NCBI RefSeq assembly: GCF_009914755.1
Contig: NC_060948.1
Length of the DNA: 64,000 bases
Strand: one strand, 5' to 3'
Source of the DNA: the human T2T-CHM13v2.0 reference genome, Homo sapiens
Both the position numbers and the translations under genes were made by a program. Shown here piece after piece: positions 54,984 to 64,000 of the stretch (the stretch's first letter is position 1; every line of letters begins with the position of its first letter). The notes below the pieces were generated by a model. It did not search any database. It was not told the origin of the DNA and was given only the letters and a program-made list of their open reading frames with translations.

Positions 54984-57900
54984 GGCCTGGAATAAAGTGG
55001 AATGCTACGGTCTCGAATGGAATAAAAATGTATGGAATGGAATGCAATGAAACGGAATCGAATGTCATAGAATGTAATGGAATGCAAAAAAATGGAATCC
55101 AAAATCATTGACTGGAAAGGCTGGGTGTCGAAAGGAATTGACTCCAATGGAATGGAATCGAATGGAATGGAAGTGAATAGAATCGAACTAAATCGAATGG
55201 AATGGAATTGATAGGAACGGAATGGAAAGGAATGCAATGATTTGGCATGGAATGGAATCGAATGGCATCGAATGGAATGGAATGGAATGCAATGGAATGG
55301 AATGTATTAGAATGTAATGAACTTTAATGGAATGTACTCGAATGGATTCGACTGGAATGGAATGTTCTGGAAGTGAATGGACTCCAATGGAATGGATTCA
55401 AAAGGAATGGAATCGTACGGAATGGAATCTAATGGAATGGAATTAAATGGAAATGAACCAAATTGAATAGCACGGAATTGAATTGAATGGAATGGAATGC
55501 AATGGAATCTAATGAAACGGAAAGGAAAGGAATGGAATGGAATGGAATGGGCTGGAATGGAAAGGAATCGAAACGAATGGAATGGAATCGAACTGAAGAG
55601 ACTGGAATGGAATGCACTGGAATGGAAGGGAGTGTAATGGAAGGTTCTCGAAAAAAATGGAATCGAATGGAATGGAATTGAATGGAACGGAATAGAGTCG
55701 AATGGAATTGAATGGAATGGAATGGACTAGAGTGAAATGGAATCGAACCACAAGGAATGGACAGGAATAGAATGGTCTCGAATTGAATGGAATCGTATGG
55801 AATGGCATCAAACGGAATGGAATGGACAGCCACGGAATGGAATGCACTCGAATGCAATGGAGTCGAAACTAATGGACTGGAATAGAATGGACTCGACTGG
55901 TACGGACTCCAATGGAATGGAATCGAATGGAAGGGAATCGAACGGAATGGACTCGAAGGGAAAAGACTGCAATGGAAAGGTCTCGAATGGAATGGAAATT
56001 AATGGAATGGAATGGAATCGAATGAAATGGAGTCAAAAGGAATGGAATCGAATGGCAAGAAATCGAATGTAATGGAATCGCAAGGAATTGATGTGAACGG
56101 AACGGAATGGAATGGAATCCAAAGGAATGGAATAGAATGGAATGGAATCGAATGGAAAGGACTCGAATGGAAATCACTCGAATAGAATGCAATTTAATAA
56201 AATAGGATCAAATGTAATGGAATGGAATGGAAAGGAATCGAAACGAAAGGAATGGAGACAGATGGAATGGAATGGAACAGAGAGCAATGGTATAGAATGG
56301 AATGGAATCATCTGGAATGGAATTGAATGGAATGGAATAATATGAAATGGAATGGAATGGAATGGAATGGAATGCCCTTGAATTAAATGGACTGGAATGG
56401 AATGGACTCGAACAGAGTGGAATGGAAAGTGTTGAGATAGAATGGAATGGACTCCTTTGGAATGGTGTAGAATGCAATGCAATCGACTGGCAGGGAATCA
56501 AAAGGAATGTAATGGAATGGACTGGACTGGAATGCAATGGACTCGAATAGATTGGAAACGGAATGCAAAGGAATGGAATGGAATAGTATGGAATGGAATG
56601 GAAAGGAATGGAGTGGAATAGACTAGAGTGGAATGGAATGGACTGGAAAGCAATGGACTGGAATGGATCTTTCTTGAATGGACTGGAATCAATCGGAATG
56701 GAATGCAATGCAATCAAATGGCATGGAATAAAATAGAATGAAAGAGAATCAAATGGAATTGAATCGAATGGAATCGAATGGATTGGAAAGGAATAGAATG
56801 GAATGGAATGGAATTGACTCAAATGGAATGGACTAGAATGGAATGGATTCGAATGGAAGGCAAAGGAATGGAATCTATTGGAATGGACTGTAATGGAATG
56901 GAATGGAAGGGATTGGAATGGACTCGAATGGAATGGACTGCAATAGAAAGGATTCGAATGGAATGAAAAAGAATTGAATGGAATAGAACAGAATGGAATC
57001 AAATCGAATGAAATGGAATGGAATAGAAAGGAATGGAATGAAATGGAATGGAAAGGATTCGAATGGAATGCAATCGAATGGAATGGAATCGAACGGAATG
57101 GAATAAAATGGAAGAAAACTGGCAAGAAATGGAATCGAAATGAATGGAGTGTTATGGAACGGACTCAAAAGGAATTGAATGTAATAGAATGGAGTGGAGT
57201 GGACTCGAATATAATGGACTGGAATGGAATGAAATCACATGGAATGGGAACGAATGGAATGGAATGGAAAGGAATGGAATCGAATGGAAAGGAATCGAAT
57301 GGAAGGGAATGAAATTGAATCAACACGAATGGAAGGGAATAGAATAGACTGTAATGGAATGGACTCGAATAGAATGGACACGAATGTTCAAATTAAATGG
57401 ACTCGAATGGAATGGAAACGAAAGGAATGTCATCGAATGGAATTGAATCGATTGGAATGAAATCGCATAGAATGGAGTGGAATCAAATGGAATTGAATCG
57501 AAAGGAAAGGAAGCGAATGGACTGAAATGAAATGGAATGGAATTGAATGGAAAGTAATGCAATGGAATAGAATGGAACGAAATTTCACGGAATGGAATCA
57601 AACTGAATGGAATCAAATCAATGGAATCAAATCAAATGGAATGGAAAGGAATTGAATGGAGTAGATGGGATTGGATGGGATTGGAATGAAATGTACTGGA
57701 AAGGACTCGAATTTCATGAAACGGAATGGAATGAATTGGAACGCAATGGACTCGAATGGAATGGAATGTCATGGGATGGCATCAAATGGAATGGCATCAA
57801 ATGGAATGGAATCGAATGCAATGGAATGCTATGGAATGGAATGGAATGCATTGGAATGGAATGTCCTCTAATGGAATGGATTCGAGTGGAATGGAATTGA

Positions 57901-58532
57901 ATATAATGGAGTCGAATGAAATGGAATTGAAAGGAATGGGATCGAATACAATGGAATATACTGGAATGTAACGTAATGAACTCGAATGTAATTGACTGGA
58001 ATGGAATGTACATGAATGGAATGTAATCGAATGGAAAGTAATCCAATGGAATAGAATCTAATGCAATAAAATCGACCCAGATAGAGTAGAATGTAATGGA
58101 ATGGAGTGCAGTGCAATGGAATGGAATGGAATGGAATGCAATTGAATGGAATGGAATGGAATGGAATGGGATGGAATGGTATGGAATGGATAGTAATGGA
58201 CTGGAGTGAAATGGACTGGAAAGGAATGGACTCAAATTGAAAGGGCTCGAAAGGAATGGAGTCAAATGGAATGGTCTGGAATGGAATGAACACGAATGTA
58301 ATGCAATCCAATAGAATGGAATCGAATGGCATGGAATATAAAGAAATGGAATAGAAGAGAATGGATACAAATGGAATGGAATTGAATGGAATGGAATTGA
58401 ATGGAATGGGAACGAATGGAGTGAAATTGTATGCAGTAGAAGAGAATAGAATGGAATGCAAGCGAAAGGAAAGGAATGGATAGGAATGGAATGGAATTCA
58501 TTGGAATGGAAGGGAATGTAGTGTAATGGACA
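54984..58532 (+). repeat. DYZ1 unit, 3549 bp
   Basis: GGCC at 54984 and 58533. Confidence 0.9.
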
Positions 58533-61500
58533 GGCCTGGAATAAAGTGGAATGCTACGGTCTCGAATGGAATAAAAATGTATGGAATGGAATGCAATGAA
58601 ACGGAATCGAATGTCATAGAATGTAATGGAATGCAACAAAATGGAATCCAAAATCATTGACTGGAAAGGCTGGGTGTCGAAAGGAATTGACTCCAATGGA
58701 ATGGAATCGAATGGAATGGAAGTGAATAGAATCGAACTAAATCGAATGGAATGGAATTGATAGGAACGGAATGGAAAGGAATGCAATGATTTGGCATGGA
58801 ATGGAATCGAATGGCATCGAATGGAATGGAATGGAATGCAATGGAATGGAATGTATTAGAATGTAATGAACATTAATGGAATGTACTCGAATGGATTCGA
58901 CTGGAATGGAATGTTCTGGAAGTGAATGGACTCCAATGGAATGGATTCGAAAGGAATGGAATCGAACGGAATGGAATCTAATGGAATGGAATTAAATGGA
59001 AATGAATCAAATTGAATAGCACGGAATTGAATTGAATGGAATCGAATGCAATGGAATCTATTGAAACGGAAAGGAAAGAATGGAATGGAATAGAATGGGC
59101 TGGAATGGAAAGGAATCGAAACGAATGGAATGGAATCGAACTGAAGAGACTGGAATGGAATGCACTGGAATGGAAGGGAGTGTAATGGAAGGTTCTCGAA
59201 AAAAATGGAATCGAATGGAATGGAATTGATTGGAACGGAATAGAGTCGAATGGAATTGAATGGAATGGAATGGACTAGAGTGAAATGGAATCGAACCACA
59301 AGGAATGGACAGGAATAGAATGGTCTCGAATTGAATGGAATCGTATGGAATGGCATCAAACGGAATGGAATGGACAGCCACGGAATGGAATGCACTCGAA
59401 TGCAATGGAGTCGAAACTAATGGACTGGAATAGAATGGACTCGACTGGTACGGACTCCAATGGAATGGAATCGAATGGAAGGGAATCGAACGGAATGGAC
59501 TCGAAGGGAAAAGACTGCAATGGAAAGGTCTCGAATGGAATGGAAATTAATGGGATGGAATGGAATCGAATGAAATGGAGTCAAAAGTAATGGAATCGAA
59601 TGGCAAGAAATCGAATGTAATGGAATCGCAAGGAATTGATGTGAACGTAACGGAATGGAATGGAATCCAAAGGAATGGAATAGAATGGAATGGAATCGAA
59701 TGGAAAGGACTCGAATGGAAATCACTCGAATAGAATGCAATTTAATAAAATAGGATCAAATGTAATAGAATGGAATGGAAAGGAATCGAAACGGAAGGAA
59801 TGGAGACAGATGGAATGGAATGGAACAGAGAGCAATGGTATAGAATGGAATGGAATCATCTGGAATGGAATTGAATGGAATGGAATAATATGAAATGGAA
59901 TGGAATGGAATGGAATGGAATGCCCTTGAATTAAATGGACTGGAATGGAATGGACTCGAACAGAGTGGAATGGAAAGTGTTGAGATAGAATGGAATGGAC
60001 TCATTTGGAATGGTGTAGTATGCAATGCAATCGACTGGCAGGGAATCAAAAGGAATGTAATCGAATGGATTGGACTGGAATGCAATGGATTCGAATAGAT
60101 TGCAAACGGAATGCAAAGGAATGGAATGGAATAGTATGGAATGGAATGGAAAGGAATGGAGTGGAATAGACTAGAGTGGAATGGAATGGACTGGAAAGCA
60201 ATGGACTGGAATGGAACTTTCTTGAATGGACTGGAATCAAACGGAATGGAATGCAATGCAATCAAATGGCATGGAATAAAATAGAATGAAAGAGAATCAA
60301 ATGGAATTGAATGGAATGGAATGGAATGTAATGGAATGGAATGGAATGGACTAGAATGGAATGGAATGGAATGGACTAGAATGGAATGGATTCGAATGGA
60401 AGGCAAAGGAATGGATTCTATTGGAATGGACTGTAATGGAATGGAATGGAAGGGATTGGAATGGACTCGAATGGAATTGACTGCAATAGAAAGGATTCGA
60501 ATGGAATGAAAAAGAATTGAATGGAATAGAACAGAATGGAATCAAATCGAATGAAATGGAATGGAATAGAAAGGAATGGAATGAAATGGAATGGAAAGGA
60601 TTCGAATGGAATGCAATCGAATGGAATGGAATCGAACGGAATGGAATAAAATGGAAGAAAACTGGCAAGAAATGGAATCGAAATGAATGGAGTGTTATGG
60701 AACGGACTCAAAAGGAATTGAATGTAATAGAATGGAGTGGAGTGGACTCGAATATAATGGACTGGAATGGAATGAAATCACATGGAATGGGAACGAGTGG
60801 AATGGAATGGAAAGGAATGGAATCGAATGGAAAGGAATCGAATGGAAGGGAATGAAATTGAATCAACAGGAATGGAAGGGAATAGAATAGACGGTAATGG
60901 AATGGACTCGAATAGAATGGACACGAATGCTCAAATTGAATGGACTCGAATGGAATGGAAACGAAAGGAATGTCATCGAATGGAATTGAATCGATTGGAA
61001 TGAAATCGCATAGAATGGAGTGGAATCAAATGGAATTGAATCGAAAGGAAAGGAAGCGAATGGACTGAAATGAAATGGAATGGAATTGAATGGAAAGTAA
61101 TGCAATGGAATAGAATGGAACGAAATTTCACGGAATGGAATCAAACTGAATGGAATCAAATCAATGGAATCCAATCAAATGGAATGGAGTAGATTGGATT
61201 GGATGGGATTGGAATGAAATGTACTGGAAAGGACTCGAATTTCATGAAACGGAATGGAATGAATTGGAACGGAATGGACTCGAATGGAATGGAATGTCAT
61301 AGAATGGTATCAAATGGAATGGCATCAAATGGAATGGAATCGAATGCAATGGAATGCTATGGAATGGAATGGAATGCATTGGAATGGAATGTCCTCTAAT
61401 GGAATGGATTCGAGTGGAATGGAATCGAATATAATGGAGTCGAATGAAATGGAATTGAAAGGAATGGGATGGAATACAATGGAATATACTGGAATGTAAT

Positions 61501-62070
61501 GTAATGAACTCGAATATAATTGACTGGAATGGAATGTACATGAGTGGAATGTAATCGAATGGAAAGTAATCCAATGGAATAGAATCTAATGCAATAAAAT
61601 CGACTCAGATAGAGTAGAATGTAATGGAATGGAGTGCAGTGCAATGGAATGGAATGGAATGGAATGCAATGGAATGGAATGGAATGGAATGGAATGGAAT
61701 GGAGTGGGATGGAATGGTATGGAATGGATAGTAATGGACTGGAGTGAAATGGACTGGAAAGGAATGGACTCAAATTGAAAGGTCTCGAAAGGAATGGAGT
61801 CAAATGGAATGGTCTGGAATGGAATGAACACGAAAGTAATGCAATCCAATATAATGGAATCGAATGGCATGGAATATAAAGAAATGGAATCGAAGAGAAT
61901 GGAAACAAATGGAATGGAATTGAATGGAATGGAATTGAATGGAATGTGAACGAATGGAGTGAAATTGTATGCAGTAGAAGAGAATAGAATGGAATGCAAG
62001 CGAAAGGAAAGGAATGGATTGGAATGGAATGGAATTCATTGGAATGGAAGGGAATGTAGTGTAATGGACA
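58533..62070 (+). repeat. DYZ1 unit, 3538 bp
   Basis: GGCC at 58533 and 62071; 1-bp deletion near 59078. Confidence 0.9.
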
Positions 62071-64000
62071 GGCCTGGAATAAAGTGGAATGCTACGGTCT
62101 CGAATGGAATAAAAATGTGTGGAATGGAATGCAATGAAACGGAATCGAATGTCATAGAATGTAATGGAATGCAAAAAAATGGAATCCAAAATCATTGAAT
62201 GCAAAGGCTGGGTGTCGAAAGGAATTGACTCCAATGGAATGGAATCGAATGGAATGGAAGTGAATAGAATCGAACTAAATCGAATGGAATGGAATTGATA
62301 GGAACGGAATGGAAAGGAATGCAATGATTTGGCATGGAATGGAATCGAATGGCATCGAATGGAATGGAATGGAATGCAATGGAATGGAATGTATTAGAAT
62401 GTAATGAACTTTAATGGAATGTACTCGAATGGATTCGACTGGAATGGAATGTTCTGGAAGTGAATGGACTCCAATGGAATGGATTCAAAAGGAATGGAAT
62501 CGTACGGAATGGAATCCAATGGAATGGAATTAAATGGAAATGAATCAAATTGAATAGCACGGAATTGAATTGAATGGAATTGAATGCAATGGAATCTAAT
62601 GAAACGGAAAGGAAAGGAATGGAATGGAATGGAATGGACTGGAATGGAAAGGAATCGAAACGAATGGAATGGAATCGAACTGAAGAGACTGGAATGGAAT
62701 GCACTGGAATGGAAGGGAGTGTAATGGAAGGTTCTCGAAAAAAATGGAATCGAATGGAATGCAATTGAATGGAACGGAATAGAGTCGAATGCAATTGAAT
62801 GGAATGGAATGGACTAGAGTGAAATGGAATCGAACCACAAGGAATGGACAGGAATAGAATGGTCTCGAATTGAATGGAATCGTATGGAATGGCATCAAAC
62901 GGAATGGAATGGACAGCCACGGAATGGAATGCACTCGAATGCAATGGAGTCGAAACTAATGGACTGGAATAGAATGGACTCGACTGGTACGGACTCCAAT
63001 GGAATGGAATCGAATGGAAGGGAATCGAACGGAAGGGAATCGAACGGAATGGACTCGAAGGGAAAAGACTGCAATGGAAAGGTCTCGAATGGAATGGAAA
63101 TTAATGGAATGGAATGGAATCGAATGAAATAGAGTCAAAAGGAATGGAATCGAATGGCAAGAAATCGAATGTAATGGAATCGCAAGGAATTGATGTGAAC
63201 GGAACGGAATGGAATGGAATCCAAAGGAATGGAATAGAATGGAATGGAATCGAATGGAAAGGACTCGAATGGAAATCACTCGAATAGAATGCAATTTAAT
63301 AAAATAGGATCAAATGTAATGGAATGGAATGGAAAGGAATTGAAACGAAAGGAATGGAGACAGATGGAATGGAATGGAACAGAGAGCAATGGTATAGAAC
63401 GGAATGGAATAATCTGGAATGGAATTGAATGGAATGGAATAATATGAAATGGAAAGAAATGGAATGGAATGCCCTTGAATTAAATGGACTGCAATGGAAT
63501 GGACTCGAACAGAGTGGAATGGAAAGTGTTGAAATAGAATGGAATTGACTCGTTTGGAATGGTCTAGTATGCAATGCAATCGACTGGCAGGGAATCAAAA
63601 GGAATGTAATCTAATGGATTGTACTGGAATGCAATGGACTCGAATAGATTGGAAACGGAATGCAAAGGAATGGAATGGAATAGTATGGAATGGAATGGAA
63701 AGGAATGGAGTGGAATAGACTAGAGTGGAATGGAATGGACTTGAAAGCAATGGACTGGAATGGAACTTTCTTGAATGGACTGGAACCAAACGGAATGGAA
63801 TGCAATGCAATCAAATGGCATGGAATAAGATAGAATGAAAGAGAATCAAATGGAATTGAATCGAATGGAATCGAATGGATTGGAAAGGAATAGAATGGAA
63901 TGGAATGGAATTGACTCAAATGGAATGGACTAGAATGGAATGGATTCGAATGGAAGGCAAAGGAATGGAATCTATTGGAATGGACTGTAATGGAATGGAA
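62071..64000 (+). repeat. Partial DYZ1 unit (to window end)
   Basis: GGCC at 62071 followed by the normal landmark order. Confidence 0.9.

Larger units (their letters stand above)
1..64000 (+). repeat. DYZ1: Human satellite III (HSat3) array, DYZ1 family (Yq12 heterochromatin); degenerate (GGAAT)n with ~3.56 kb higher-order unit
   Basis: GGAAT and variants (CGAAT, TGAAT, GCAAT, GGACT, AGAAT) run throughout on the + strand. Unique landmarks (gcccttgaattaaat, gacagccacgg, ggctgggtgtcg, gaattcattgg...acaggcctggaataaagtgg) recur every ~3.52-3.58 kb, with one EcoRI and one HaeIII site per unit. This matches the known ~3564 bp DYZ1 unit. Family assignment is by recognition, not by a database search. 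Confidence 0.96.

Noticed and set aside
31-63919. Hundreds of ORFs up to 318 aa (MEWNG-rich on +, IPFHS-rich on -)
   Set aside because: Pure (GGAAT)n has no stop codon on either strand and translates as these 5-residue periodic peptides. The ORFs overlap in several frames, recur with the unit, and are freely frameshifted between copies. No domain or coding signal is present.
1-64000. CRISPR-like or repeat-spacer array
   Set aside because: There are no unique spacers between conserved repeats and no cas or other genes. Every segment recurs in each 3.56 kb unit.
1-64000. HSat2, DYZ2/HSat1B, alpha satellite, telomeric repeat or Alu/L1 insertions
   Set aside because: I saw no dominant CATTCGATTC/GATGAT HSat2 pattern, no AT-rich Alu-containing 2.4 kb unit, no 171-bp monomer, no TTAGGG and no non-pentamer sequence.

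Overview
The whole 64 kb window is one uninterrupted, single-orientation array of human satellite III (HSat3): a degenerate GGAAT pentamer organised into a ~3.56 kb higher-order unit. The unit length, the single EcoRI and single HaeIII/StuI site per unit, and the landmark ggacaggcctggaataaagtgga identify it as DYZ1 of Yq12 heterochromatin. The HaeIII landmark occurs 19 times, giving 16 full units (3524-3579 bp), two truncated 1415-bp units and two partial end units. I see no genes, RNA genes, transposons, DYZ2, CRISPR arrays or inversions. All listed ORFs are translations of the pentamer (MEWNG / IPFHS). I found no novel gene system. The notable signals are structural or regulatory: a ~2.15 kb internal deletion present twice with the same 16-bp microhomology junction; duplicated haplotype blocks; all pentamer phase slips confined to ~1.1 kb of the unit; three perfect heat-shock-element motifs per unit; and small variants that record the array's history. 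Coordinates and comparisons were made by eye, not by alignment software.
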